Below are positions 7,890 through 16,659 of a stretch of DNA of 22,726 bases, one piece after another; positions within the stretch are counted from its first letter, which is position 1; each line of letters starts with the position of its first letter. The notes beneath the pieces were generated by a model, which made no database searches, was not told the DNA's origin, and worked only from the letters and a program-made list of their open reading frames with translations. The DNA lies in the NCBI GenBank assembly GCA_004284765.1, contig NQJD01000039.1, forward strand, positions 1 through 22,726, in the 5' to 3' direction. This DNA is from Candidatus Electronema aureum (lineage in GTDB: Bacteria > Desulfobacterota > Desulfobulbia > Desulfobulbales > Desulfobulbaceae). Both the position numbers and the translations under genes were made by a program.

Positions 7890-7911
7890 AGCTTTCTGAG
7901 CCAACAGCACC

Positions 7912-9801
7912 ATGATTGATTTCGACATCGCCGTCATTGGCGCGGGCCATGCAGGCTGTGAGGCCGCACTTGCCGCCGCCCGCATGGGCTGTACAACCTT
8001 AGTCTGCGTGATCAACGCCGACACCATCGGGGCTATGTCCTGTAATCCGGCTATCGGCGGCCTTGCCAAAGGCCATTTAGTCCGCGAGATCGACGCGCTG
8101 GGCGGTGAGATGGCGAAAAACATCGATGCCACCGGCATTCAATTTCGTCGGCTCAACACCAGCAAGGGACCAGCAGTGCGTTCCTCCAGGGCGCAGGCGG
8201 ATCGACGGCTCTATCAGCAGCGAATGAAGACCGTGCTGGAACATCAGCCGAATTTAGTCATCCGCCAAGCTGTGGTAGATGAAATCCTCACCGAGCAAGG
8301 CCGAGTCACTGGCATTCACACCTCGTTAGACGAGATTATTCCGGTGCGGGCCGTGGTGGTGGCCACGGGCACCTTTCTCAATGGGCTGATTCATATCGGT
8401 CTGAAGAACTTTCCCGCCGGTCGGATGGGCGACGCACCCTCAACCAAGCTGGCACAATGGTATCGCCACATTGATTTCAACGTAGGCCGGATGAAAACCG
8501 GCACTGTGCCGCGATTAGACAGTAAAACCATCGACTATTCTGGCTTAGAGCCGCAATACAGCGACGATCCGCCCGTGCTTTTCTCCTTTGCCAACCGCAA
8601 GCGGCAGACCCCAGAGCTGCCCCAGCTGCCCTGTCACATCACCTACACCAATGAGCAGACGCACGCGATCATTCGCAGTTTCATTAGCCAGTCGCCGCTG
8701 TATGCAGGAATTATCGAAGGGGTAGGGGCGCGTTATTGCCCTTCAATTGAAGACAAGGTGATGCGCTTCCCGGAAAAAGGGCGGCACCAAATATTTCTTG
8801 AGCCGGAAGGCGTGGAAACAGCAGAGGTCTATCCCAACGGTATTCCCACCAGTTTGCCGATTGAGGCCCAGATCGCTTTGGTGCATTCTATTCCTGGCTT
8901 GGAAAACGCACGAATCATCCGGCCTGGCTACGCGATTGAATATGATTACGTTGACCCGCTGGAGCTAAAGCCCTCACTGGAAACCAAGCGGATCAGCGGT
9001 CTTTTTCATGCTGGCCAGATCAACGGCACTTCTGGCTACGAAGAAGCCGCTGCGCAGGGCCTGATGGCAGGTATTAACGCGGTTCATTTTGTAAGAGAGC
9101 AAGAAGCACTGATTCTTGACCGCTCGCAGGCCTATATTGGCGTGCTGATCGACGATCTTGTCACCCTTGGCACTAAAGAGCCGTACCGTCTCTTCACCTC
9201 TAGGGCCGAATACCGCCTGCTGTTGCGCGAAGACAACGCTGATTTGCGCCTGCGCGACATTGGCTTTCAGATTGGACTGGCTGACGAGCAGGAAAAGCCG
9301 GAGTTTCTCGCCCGCAAAAAGGCGATTGAGGAAGGGCTGGTTCAGTTAGAACAGCTTCGCATCAAGCCGTCCGCAGCGGTAAATGCGTGCTTGAGCGAAT
9401 GCAACAGTACGCCGCTCACCCAGACGATGACGTTGACCGAATTACTGCGTCGGCCTGAAATCGGCATGATTGATCTTTGCCATTTGGCGAAACTGAGTGG
9501 GATTAAACCACCTCTGCCTGAAGAAGACCCCAGCGTTGCCGAAGAAATTGAGCTACATATCAAATATTCTGGCTATATCAAACGCCAGCAGGAACAGGTT
9601 GACCGCTTCCGCAAGTTAGAGCGCACTCGCCTGCCGGAGGATATGCAGTACAAAGGATTGCCCGGCCTGTCTAATGAAGTGGTGGAAAAGCTGAACCGAA
9701 TCAGACCGATGTCGTTGGGACAGGCATCGCGTATCTCCGGCATCACCCCAGCGGCGGTATCTGTACTTCAAGTGCATTTAAAAAAGATGGGTCGCCTTTA
9801 A
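7912..9801 (+). CDS. mnmG: tRNA uridine 5-carboxymethylaminomethyl modification enzyme MnmG (GidA).
   Basis: The N-terminal FAD fold is [23 protein letters not shown]. The characteristic motifs [35 protein letters not shown]-like ([12 protein letters not shown]) and [19 protein letters not shown] are present. The 629-aa length is typical. Confidence 0.97.
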   Translation: MIDFDIAVIGAGHAGCEAALAAARMGCTTLVCVINADTIGAMSCNPAIGGLAKGHLVREIDALGGEMAKNIDATGIQFRRLNTSKGPAVRSSRAQADRRLYQQRMKTVLEHQPNLVIRQAVVDEILTEQGRVTGIHTSLDEIIPVRAVVVATGTFLNGLIHIGLKNFPAGRMGDAPSTKLAQWYRHIDFNVGRMKTGTVPRLDSKTIDYSGLEPQYSDDPPVLFSFANRKRQTPELPQLPCHITYTNEQTHAIIRSFISQSPLYAGIIEGVGARYCPSIEDKVMRFPEKGRHQIFLEPEGVETAEVYPNGIPTSLPIEAQIALVHSIPGLENARIIRPGYAIEYDYVDPLELKPSLETKRISGLFHAGQINGTSGYEEAAAQGLMAGINAVHFVREQEALILDRSQAYIGVLIDDLVTLGTKEPYRLFTSRAEYRLLLREDNADLRLRDIGFQIGLADEQEKPEFLARKKAIEEGLVQLEQLRIKPSAAVNACLSECNSTPLTQTMTLTELLRRPEIGMIDLCHLAKLSGIKPPLPEEDPSVAEEIELHIKYSGYIKRQQEQVDRFRKLERTRLPEDMQYKGLPGLSNEVVEKLNRIRPMSLGQASRISGITPAAVSVLQVHLKKMGRL

Positions 9802-9930
9802 TTCGCAATGACGGGCATTTCTCCCTTGCAGACAGCAGCTTCTGAGCATATAACAAAAGAAAGAGGACAGTCTGCTGCCGTACTATAGACATCTTTCATG
9901 CTGTTAGCATTACTGAAAAAGGGAAGAAAT

Positions 9931-10227
9931 ATGCTAAAGAAAAGTTATACCGCCACAGGGAAAAAATGCCGAGTCACGTTTCACTATCCCAACCATGAGC
10001 AGGTCGCTTCAGCTGCCTTGGCAGGTGAATTTAACGGCTGGTCTGTGACTGAAACCCCGATGCACTTGCTGAAAACTGGAGTTCTTTCTATCAGCGTTAC
10101 CTTAGATGCGGGCCGAGAATACGCCTTCCGCTATGTGTTAAACGGCCAGCACTGGGTGAACGATCCAGAAGCGGACAAGTACGTGCGCAATGAATTTGGC
10201 GAAGAAAATTCGGTAGTGGTAGTGTGA
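9931..10227 (+). CDS. Small CBM48 / AMPK-beta glycogen-binding-domain-like (isoamylase N-terminal-like) protein.
   Basis: KCRVTFHYPNHEQVASAALAGEFNGWSVTETPMHLLKTGVLSISVTLDAGREYAFRYVLNGQHWVNDPEA fits the E-set/CBM48 pattern (GxFNxW ... Y.FrY.vdG.W..Dp). ATG 9931 has SD gggaag. The ORF-track start at 9898 is less likely. Confidence 0.7.
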   Translation: MLKKSYTATGKKCRVTFHYPNHEQVASAALAGEFNGWSVTETPMHLLKTGVLSISVTLDAGREYAFRYVLNGQHWVNDPEADKYVRNEFGEENSVVVV

Positions 10228-10230
10228 ACA

Positions 10231-10284
10231 TCAGTAGCTGATGTACTGCACGGGATCCTTCATCCCCGTCTCAGCATCCTCCTC
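10231..10284 (-). pseudogene. Relic copy of the queC 3' end (displaced C-terminal codons).
   Basis: The minus-strand frame reads EEDAETGMKDPVQYISY*. AETGMKDPVQY (10243-10275) matches the QueC C-terminus [11 protein letters not shown] (10899-10931). At the DNA level, cacgggatccttcatccccgtctcagc aligns with caccggatctttcatccccgcctcagc. The offset is 656 bp. Confidence 0.6.
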
Positions 10285-10310
10285 TCAGCAGAAGGATGCT
10301 AAGATTCAGC

Positions 10311-10832
10311 TCATATTGGCAGAGCAGCTTTCACCGCTTCAACAAAAAGCCCGGCTAAAACATTCGGTGTTACGTCGGCAATCATTGATTTCACCGAATC
10401 AGTGAGACTTTTCTTCTTTTCAGCGGGAAGATCGGACTTATCTATAACTTCCATGAGGTGTTGAATAATTTTCTCCGCATCCGCATTGTTGGTGATATTG
10501 ATATCACGTCCAGCAAAATTCAGAGTTCCAGAAGCATTGTTCAGAACTCCTATATTAAACACTTGCGAAGACTGCTCGTTCTGTCCTTCCATGAATTTCC
10601 TCCCTTCCTTGGTGATCTCAATACCAAGAATGTATAATATCATGCCACGATTTTCACGCATGTTGCCCCAACTGGGTGTGGCTTCAATAAAACCTCTCTG
10701 TTTCAGCTCCATCAGGAAGTTACGAAAATCTTGCTCTTTACCATTTGGCACCTCAAAATTTTTTTCTTCCAATGGGTTAGGAAAAGACTCTATCAACTTC
10801 TGCAACACATTACGGGTTCTTTCTTTGTCCAT
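10311..10832 (-). CDS. Hypothetical protein. It may have an N-terminal winged-helix (DUF2513-like) domain. It is an AT-rich single-gene cassette.
   Basis: The 173-aa ORF has coding-like composition. FLMELKQRGFIEATPSWG...ILGIEITKEGRKFMEG loosely resembles DUF2513-type wHTH proteins. By eye it is much more A/T-rich than its flanks. I recognise no catalytic motif. Confidence 0.55.
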   Translation of the reverse strand: MDKERTRNVLQKLIESFPNPLEEKNFEVPNGKEQDFRNFLMELKQRGFIEATPSWGNMRENRGMILYILGIEITKEGRKFMEGQNEQSSQVFNIGVLNNASGTLNFAGRDINITNNADAEKIIQHLMEVIDKSDLPAEKKKSLTDSVKSMIADVTPNVLAGLFVEAVKAALPI

Positions 10833-10877
10833 TTCAGTTTATTACCATTGTTATGATCGGTTGTCAAAAAACGGCAT

Positions 10878-11570
10878 TCATTTTACTGCTTGCTGCAAAT
10901 AGTTCACCGGATCTTTCATCCCCGCCTCAGCAAAGCCCTTCAGCCGCAGAATGCAGGCATCGCAATGCCCGCAAGCCAAGCCCTGCACCGGATCGTAGCA
11001 GCTGTGCGTCAGCGAGTAATCCACGCCCAGCCGCATCCCGACCTCAATAATTTCCTTCTTGCTCAATTCAATCAGCGGGGCGTGCAAGCGGAACGGGCTG
11101 CCGGTGCTGCCTGCTTTGGTGCCGAGATTCACCGCCAGCTCAAAGGCGCGGAGGAAATCCGGGCGGCAGTCCGGGTAGCCGCTGTAATCCACCGCGTTGA
11201 TGCCGAGAAAGATGTCGGCCGCGCCGAGCACCTCCGCCCAAGCGACTGCCTGAGAAAGAAAGATGATGTTACGGGCAGGCACGTAGGTCACAGGAATGCC
11301 CGCGCTGATTTCTTCCGCCTTACGGTCTTTCGGCACTTCGATGGCCGATGTCAAGGCCGAGCCGCCGATCAGGCCCAAATCCAGCCGGAGAATCAGATGC
11401 TGCTCGGCCCGCATCGCCTTGGCGATGACAGCCGCCCGCTCCAGCTCAATATCCTGCTTCTGGCCGTAGCGGAAGCTGAGGCAATGGCACTGAAAGCCAC
11501 GGCTCCGGGCAATCGCTAAAACCGTACTGGAATCCAGCCCGCCGCTGAGAAGAACAACTGCTTTTTTCAT
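10878..11570 (-). CDS. queC: 7-cyano-7-deazaguanine synthase QueC.
   Basis: [19 protein letters not shown] is the PP-loop SGGxDS motif. The C-terminal Zn cysteines are SCYDP...[11 protein letters not shown]. The start is taken at ATG (rc) 11568-11570. The 40-codon upstream extension in the ORF track is not QueC-like. Confidence 0.93.
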   Translation of the reverse strand: MKKAVVLLSGGLDSSTVLAIARSRGFQCHCLSFRYGQKQDIELERAAVIAKAMRAEQHLILRLDLGLIGGSALTSAIEVPKDRKAEEISAGIPVTYVPARNIIFLSQAVAWAEVLGAADIFLGINAVDYSGYPDCRPDFLRAFELAVNLGTKAGSTGSPFRLHAPLIELSKKEIIEVGMRLGVDYSLTHSCYDPVQGLACGHCDACILRLKGFAEAGMKDPVNYLQQAVK

Positions 11571-11662
11571 GGAGAAATTTTCGGCACAATCTGGTTTGAT
11601 ATTGTCAGAAACGCATTTATCACCTATCATAGATAGCTGAATCAGCGCATCATACCGCTCTT

Positions 11663-11678
11663 TGTGAAAATATTCACC
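11663..11678. promoter_or_regulatory. CRP/FNR-family-like operator palindrome in the divergent queC-gap intergenic region.
   Basis: tgtga-aaatat-tcacc follows the TGTGA-N6-TCACA pattern with one mismatch. It lies about 73 bp upstream of the gap ATG. This is pattern only. Confidence 0.3.
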
Positions 11679-11750
11679 TGAACTTTGCACGCAGCCGTCC
11701 TGTCATGGGGCGGAAAACATATTGACAGCACACCACAGGAGAACCCAAGC

Positions 11751-12971
11751 ATGAAACTCGGCATCAACGGTCTGGGCAGAATCGGCAAACTTTCCCTCTG
11801 GCATCACGTTTCCCGGCAGCATTTCTCAGAAATCGTCGTCAATCTGGGCCGTCAGGTCGGCAGCGGCTTGGAGGACATCGCCGCTGTGATCGAGAAGGAT
11901 TCCACCTACGGCAAGCTGGCCACCTATCTGCACGGCCACAAGGGCGGGCGGGTGATTGAGAATCTGAACGAGGCCGCTGGCACCATGACCGTCAACGGCG
12001 TGCCGGTGACAATGCTGCGCGAGGCCCGTAATCCGAAAGATATCAAGTGGCAGGAGAACAATGTCCGCATTGTTGTGGACACCACCGGCGTGTTCAAAGA
12101 TCCGACCTCTGATGCTGACGCAAAGAGCGGCTCGGTGCGCGGCCATCTGCAAGCCGGCGCGGAGAAAGTGCTGGTCTCCGCGCCCTTCAAGATCAAATCT
12201 AAGGGTCTTGACATGCCCGCCGACGCGCTCACTGCGGTGATGGGCATCAATGATGACGACTACAAGCCGGAGCAGCACGCGATTATCTCCGCCGCCTCCT
12301 GCACCACCACCTGTTTGTCTTACATGATCAAGCCGCTGCTCGATCATTTTGGCGCGGAACGCCTGCTGACCGCCTCAATGGTCACTGTTCATGCCGCCAC
12401 CGGCAGCCAGAAAGTGCTGGACGCAGTGCCTGCCGCCGGAGCCATTGATCTGCGCAAGAACCGTTCCATTCTCAACAACATCATTCTGACGACCACCGGC
12501 GCGGCCAAAGCCCTCGGCTTAGTCATCCCGGAGATGAAGGGCATCGGCTTCATTGCCGAATCCGTCCGCATTCCGACAGCCAGCGGCTCGCTGATCATTC
12601 TGGTGCTGAACTTTCAAGACGAGATCGAAAATCCGATCAAGCGCGATCTGATCAACGGCATCTACCGCGATTATGCCGTCTCCTCGCCCTATCTGCAATA
12701 CTCCGAGGAGCAGAATGTCTCCTCCGATATCGTCGGCACGCCGCAGGCCGCAGCGGTGATTGAGGCCACAGAAACCCACACCCGCACCGCCTCGCTCAAG
12801 CTGCATCTTGATCATCTGAAAAGCTGCAACTTCGCGCCCGGCCAAGTGCCGCCAGTGCTGGAAATCCCCATGACGCAGGCGGTGATTTATGGCTGGTACG
12901 ACAATGAGCTTGGCAGCTATACCAACATGCTCGGCGACCTGACTGTTTCCGTCGCCAATCAGATGGTTTAA
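11751..12971 (+). CDS. gap: Glyceraldehyde-3-phosphate dehydrogenase, long divergent form (406 aa).
   Basis: MKLGINGLGRIGKL is the NAD-binding N-terminus. SAASCTTTCL contains the catalytic Cys, and VTVHAATGSQ and WYDNELGSY are present. SD aggaga precedes ATG 11751. It is longer than canonical ~335-aa GAPDH because of internal insertions. Confidence 0.85.
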   Translation: MKLGINGLGRIGKLSLWHHVSRQHFSEIVVNLGRQVGSGLEDIAAVIEKDSTYGKLATYLHGHKGGRVIENLNEAAGTMTVNGVPVTMLREARNPKDIKWQENNVRIVVDTTGVFKDPTSDADAKSGSVRGHLQAGAEKVLVSAPFKIKSKGLDMPADALTAVMGINDDDYKPEQHAIISAASCTTTCLSYMIKPLLDHFGAERLLTASMVTVHAATGSQKVLDAVPAAGAIDLRKNRSILNNIILTTTGAAKALGLVIPEMKGIGFIAESVRIPTASGSLIILVLNFQDEIENPIKRDLINGIYRDYAVSSPYLQYSEEQNVSSDIVGTPQAAAVIEATETHTRTASLKLHLDHLKSCNFAPGQVPPVLEIPMTQAVIYGWYDNELGSYTNMLGDLTVSVANQMV

Positions 12972-12986
12972 GCACAGGAGGAAGCC

Positions 12987-14162
12987 ATGAAGACGATTCG
13001 CGATCTGGAGCTGAAAGGAAAACGGGTGCTGATCCGCACGGATTTCAACGTGCCGATGAACGAGCAGGGCGAAATCACCGATGACCTGCGCATCCGCATG
13101 GTGCTGCCAACTTTGGAATACGCGCTGGCGCAAGGCGCAAAGGTGATCATCGCCTCGCACATGGGGCGGCCCAAGGGCAAGCCGGTGGAGAAATACTCGC
13201 TCGCGCCGATTGCCAAACGGCTGGCCGAGCTTATCGGCAAAGAGGTCAAGCTGGCAAATGATTGCGTCGGGCCGGAAGCGAAGAAAGCGGTTGCCGCCCT
13301 GAATGCTGGCGAAATTTTGTTGCTCGAAAACCTGCGCTATCACGCTGAAGAAGAGGCCAACGACGCGGCCTTCTCCCAGCAGCTGGCCGCGCTGGCGGAT
13401 GTGTACATCAACGATGCCTTTGCTGTCTCGCACCGGGCGCACGCTTCGGTGGAGGGCATCACGGCGCATGTGAAAGAGAAGGCCGCCGGGCTGCTCCTGC
13501 ACAAGGAGTTGGATTATTTCCACCGCGCCATTGACGCGCCGCAGCGGCCTTTAGTGGCCATTGTCGGCGGAGCCAAGGTTTCCAGCAAGCTCAACGCCTT
13601 GACCCGGATGCTGGACAAGGTGGATAAAATGCTGATCGGCGGGGCAATGGCTAACACCTTCCTGAAGAGCCAAGGGCTGGCGGTCGGGGCTTCCAAGGTT
13701 GAGGACGATCTCTTGGACAGCGCACGGCAGATTTTGGCGGACGCGAAAGCCAAGGGCGTGAAGGTCTATCTGCCGGTGGATGTGATTGCCGCTGACCGTT
13801 TCGCGCCGGATGCGGTCTGCAAGCAGGTGACAGTGCAGGACATCCCGGACGGCTGGATGGCCTTGGACATCGGCTCGGCCTCGGTGATTTGCTTCTCGGA
13901 AGTGCTGGCCGATGCGAAGACCATAGTCTGGAACGGCCCGATGGGTGCCTTTGAGATGGATGCCTTCGCACGCGGCACAATGGCTCTCGCGCACGCCGTG
14001 GCCTCGTCGCACGCCCTGAGCATCACCGGCGGCGGCGATTCCAACGCGGCAGTGACGCAGTCCGGCGAGGCGGACAATATTTCCTACATGTCCACCGGCG
14101 GCGGCGCGTTCTTGGAGCTGATGGAAGGAAAGGTGCTGCCGGGAGTGGCGGCGTTGGAGTAA
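12987..14162 (+). CDS. pgk: Phosphoglycerate kinase.
   Basis: Characteristic motifs: RVLIRTDFNVP, IIASHMGRPKG, LENLRYHAEEE, IVGGAKVSSK, WNGPMGAFE, STGGGAFLE. SD aggagg lies upstream. The 391-aa length fits. Confidence 0.97.
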   Translation: MKTIRDLELKGKRVLIRTDFNVPMNEQGEITDDLRIRMVLPTLEYALAQGAKVIIASHMGRPKGKPVEKYSLAPIAKRLAELIGKEVKLANDCVGPEAKKAVAALNAGEILLLENLRYHAEEEANDAAFSQQLAALADVYINDAFAVSHRAHASVEGITAHVKEKAAGLLLHKELDYFHRAIDAPQRPLVAIVGGAKVSSKLNALTRMLDKVDKMLIGGAMANTFLKSQGLAVGASKVEDDLLDSARQILADAKAKGVKVYLPVDVIAADRFAPDAVCKQVTVQDIPDGWMALDIGSASVICFSEVLADAKTIVWNGPMGAFEMDAFARGTMALAHAVASSHALSITGGGDSNAAVTQSGEADNISYMSTGGGAFLELMEGKVLPGVAALE

Positions 14163-14172
14163 ATCTTTTTGT

Positions 14173-14200
14173 AGGGGCAGAGATCTGTGTCTGCCCTTTA
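14173..14200 (+). terminator. Hairpin after pgk, a candidate terminator.
   Basis: gggcaga (14175-14181) pairs with tctgccc (14190-14196). The loop is gatctgtg, and tttataaattt follows. Confidence 0.5.
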
Positions 14201-14222
14201 TAAATTTGCAGGAGGAGCTGCA

Positions 14223-14564
14223 ATGAAAACGGACGATTGGCCAGAAATCAGCAAAGAAGACTACGAGGCTGAACTGGAGAACCTGCCGAAAAGCGAAACA
14301 GAACTGATCGCTGTGGCCAAGAGGCTCATTGCCCTGCTGACCGACGATCCAAGGTTTGCCGGGCTGCCGGTTTCAGCAGCCGAGATGCAAAAGCGGCTGG
14401 ACAAGCTGATTGCCGCCCGCAATGCGGAAGACGCTATAAATGTTGCTTTGCTGCAAGCCAAAGCAGCCGCGCAAAAGGCTATGGATGAGCTGCATGATGC
14501 TTGGCAAAGGCAGAAGAAAGCCAATGGCGGCAAATCGTCGGTGCCGCCAATTCTGTGGCATTGA
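14223..14564 (+). CDS. Paralog P1: short helical protein homologous to the N-domain of the protein at 17339 (no FN3 part).
   Basis: SETELIAVAKRLIALLTDDPRFAGLPVSAAEMQKRLDKLIAARNAE aligns with P3 (SEAEIIALAEKMIAGLTDNPNFPSPPVSAAELRKMLDKFIALRNAE) and with P2. SD aggagg lies upstream of ATG 14223. Confidence 0.6.
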   Translation: MKTDDWPEISKEDYEAELENLPKSETELIAVAKRLIALLTDDPRFAGLPVSAAEMQKRLDKLIAARNAEDAINVALLQAKAAAQKAMDELHDAWQRQKKANGGKSSVPPILWH

Positions 14565-14646
14565 TTCTTACGAATTCAGGGCGCGGCAAAGCAGTTCTCT
14601 CAGAGAAAAGATGACCGGAGCTGAGGCTGTTGCGCTGGTTCGTGCC

Positions 14647-14700
14647 TTCTTGGAGCTGATGGAGGGAAAGGTGCTGTCGGGCGCAGCGGCGTTGGAGTGA
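14647..14700 (+). pseudogene. Relic copy of the pgk 3' end.
   Basis: ttcttggagctgatggagggaaaggtgctgtcgggcgcagcggcgttggagtga aligns with pgk 14109-14162, ttcttggagctgatggaaggaaaggtgctgccgggagtggcggcgttggagtaa. The offset is exactly 538 bp and the stop is in register. It encodes FLELMEGKVLSGAAALE* versus FLELMEGKVLPGVAALE*. Weaker similarity continues to about 14730. Confidence 0.8.
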
Positions 14701-14803
14701 TTTTTTTGGTGGCACAGACCGTTGTGTTTCATAAGTTGAGTCTGCCAAGCTACCTCACGTTCCACGAAGGCTCCGTCTCGATCAAATCTTACAAAAATCA
14801 AAA

Positions 14804-15925
14804 ATGGAAAATATTATGAGCCTTACAGAGCAGATCAATAAAAACTCAGCAACGGTAAAGACACAATCGTATTCAATGTCGCTGGGTGAAATGGCTGCGA
14901 TGTACCAAGCCGGTGAACTCGAACTGCACCCAGAATTTCAGCGTTTCTTTCGCTGGACACCTGAACAGAAGTCGCGGCTTATTGAGTCGATCCTGCTTGG
15001 CATTCCTGTGCCGCCCGTATTTGTGGCAGAAAGAAGGTTGGATGCAAAATGGGATGTGATTGACGGGCTGCAACGGCTTTCAACGATATTAGAACTCATG
15101 GGTGAACTTCAAGGAGAAGATGGCAACAAGAAAGAACCGTTGCAGCTCACGCGAACACATTATCTGCCTGATTTGGAGGGAATGTACTGGTCTCATGAAG
15201 ATGAAAGTAAATGCCTTCCAGAGTTTGCTCAGATAAAGATAAAACGTGCTCGTATTGATGTCAATATCGTCAGCAGTACAAGCGATGAGGTGGTGAAATA
15301 CGAAGTTTTTCAACGTTTGAACACAGGAGGCGCAAAGGCGACTGACCAAGAGGTGCGCAATTGTCTTCTTGTAATGATTAATAACAGCTACTTCAACTGG
15401 ATGAAAGGTCTAAGTGAAAATGAATCGTTTCAGAACACTCTCTCGCTGACGGATCGTGCGCTCGCTGAGGCTTTCGACATGGAACTTGTAGCTCGATATC
15501 TCGTCATGATTCAAAAAGAACCAGACAAACTCAAGAAAATCGATGAACTTGGAACGTATTTGAATGAGGAATGTATAGCGCAAGCGAAAGATTCAGCATT
15601 AGACAGGGATGCGATTGCAAAGAGCTTTTTTGAAACATTCACATTCCTTGCGAATGAGCTGAAAGAAAACGCTTTCCGCAGGTTTGATATGAAACGGCAG
15701 TGCTATAGCGGCCCGATGCTTGTTTCAATTTTTGAGGTTGTCGCTGTGGGATTGGGGCATCGGTTGTTGAATGGGGGAGCACTTCCTGACCAAGCCTCTT
15801 TTGCGGAAAAACATCGCTCGTTGTGGGACGAGCTTGGAAAAACATCATTTGTCGGATCGGGTGTGCGTTCCTCAACTCGGATACAAGAGACAATTCGCTT
15901 TGGGCGGGAGTGGATTGCACGGTGA
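14804..15925 (+). CDS. DUF262 (ParB/GmrSD N-terminal-like) domain protein without a DUF1524 nuclease domain.
   Basis: LHPEFQRFFRWTPEQKSRLIESILLGIPVPPVFVAE...WDVIDGLQRLSTILE matches the DUF262 signature (FQR..vW ... DGQQRLTT). VFQRLNTGGAKATDQEVRNCLL is also present. I see no H-x-x-P His-Me finger C-terminal domain. Confidence 0.85.
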   Translation: MENIMSLTEQINKNSATVKTQSYSMSLGEMAAMYQAGELELHPEFQRFFRWTPEQKSRLIESILLGIPVPPVFVAERRLDAKWDVIDGLQRLSTILELMGELQGEDGNKKEPLQLTRTHYLPDLEGMYWSHEDESKCLPEFAQIKIKRARIDVNIVSSTSDEVVKYEVFQRLNTGGAKATDQEVRNCLLVMINNSYFNWMKGLSENESFQNTLSLTDRALAEAFDMELVARYLVMIQKEPDKLKKIDELGTYLNEECIAQAKDSALDRDAIAKSFFETFTFLANELKENAFRRFDMKRQCYSGPMLVSIFEVVAVGLGHRLLNGGALPDQASFAEKHRSLWDELGKTSFVGSGVRSSTRIQETIRFGREWIAR

Positions 15926-16572
15926 AGATTCGAGCCGCACAGGAACTCATTAATTTCCTTAGCGAGAGAAAACAAAATCGTAAAAGGGAGCTGATATCGC
16001 TCTCGCAGGATTTATCGCCGCCAAAGGGCCATCCGACGGCGCATACATGCAAGGCCGCTGTCGTTCTTGCCTATGCTCACTGGGAAGGATTTGTGAAAGA
16101 GGCAGCTCAAGCCTATGTTAATCTTGTGGCCCATAAATCTAAAAGATTAGACGCATTGGCTCTCAGTTTCCAAGCTCTGGTGTTCCGTCAAGAACTACTT
16201 GCAGCCCAATCTGCAACCCGTCGGATACAACAGCATCTGTCCCTTACAAAACGTTTCACTGACGATATCACGTCAAGCTGCAAAATTGATCATGACAGAG
16301 CAATAGACACAGAATCGAATCTTAACGCTGAGGTCTTTGAAAACATCTGTCTATCTGTTGGACTGGACTATCAAACTTACTGGGCTGTGCACGGGCATCG
16401 AATGGATGATCTTGTAGCAAACCGTTGCGCAATCGCACACGGTGAAATGTCGACACCTGAAGATAAATATGCCAGAGAAGCAGTAAATTTCGTTATTAAG
16501 GCTATAGACCAATTCTCAACCGATATCGAAAACGCTGCCACGCTTGAGCAGTATCTCAGGAAAACGAGCTGA
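15922..16572 (+). CDS. HEPN-domain protein (RiboL-PSP / MAE_28990-like family), a putative RNase effector.
   Basis: The start GTG 15922 overlaps the DUF262 stop (gGTGA, 4-nt coupling). The protein is helical and carries the R-x4-H motif in VANRCAIAHGE near the C-terminus. Size (216 aa) and DUF262 adjacency fit that family as I recall it. The ORF-track start at 15823 is an in-gene overlap and is unlikely. Confidence 0.65.
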   Translation: MKIRAAQELINFLSERKQNRKRELISLSQDLSPPKGHPTAHTCKAAVVLAYAHWEGFVKEAAQAYVNLVAHKSKRLDALALSFQALVFRQELLAAQSATRRIQQHLSLTKRFTDDITSSCKIDHDRAIDTESNLNAEVFENICLSVGLDYQTYWAVHGHRMDDLVANRCAIAHGEMSTPEDKYAREAVNFVIKAIDQFSTDIENAATLEQYLRKTS

Positions 16573-16659
16573 ATTACGAGGATTATCATTGAGGAAGGCG
16601 AAGGCAGATTGGGGCTTGGCTGTTGGCCAAACTCCGCTTTCAATTCGCGGGCTGGAACA

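Noticed and set aside
9802-9930. A possible hairpin or small RNA in the mnmG-CBM48 intergenic region (cagcag ... ctgctg).
   Set aside because: Only about 6 bp of complementarity span a ~35-nt loop, with no T-tract. This is too weak to call.
10890-11519. A 209-aa plus-strand ORF overlapping queC.
   Set aside because: It is antisense to a high-confidence queC gene. Its Arg/Ala-rich composition is typical of GC-rich shadow frames.
12519-13523. A 334-aa ORF on the minus strand, plus 11826-12347(-), 11924-12250(-), 12968-13249(-), 13551-14012(-), 13651-13980(-) and 13766-14077(-).
   Set aside because: All are antisense shadows of the clearly identified gap and pgk genes. They are Arg/His/Gly-rich with low-complexity composition and contain no recognisable motifs.
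14440-14700. An 86-aa ORF ending in ...FLELMEGKVLSGAAALE.
   Set aside because: Only the last ~17 codons resemble anything (the pgk C-terminus). The rest overlaps P1 out of frame. I interpret it as a displaced pgk 3' relic, not a gene.
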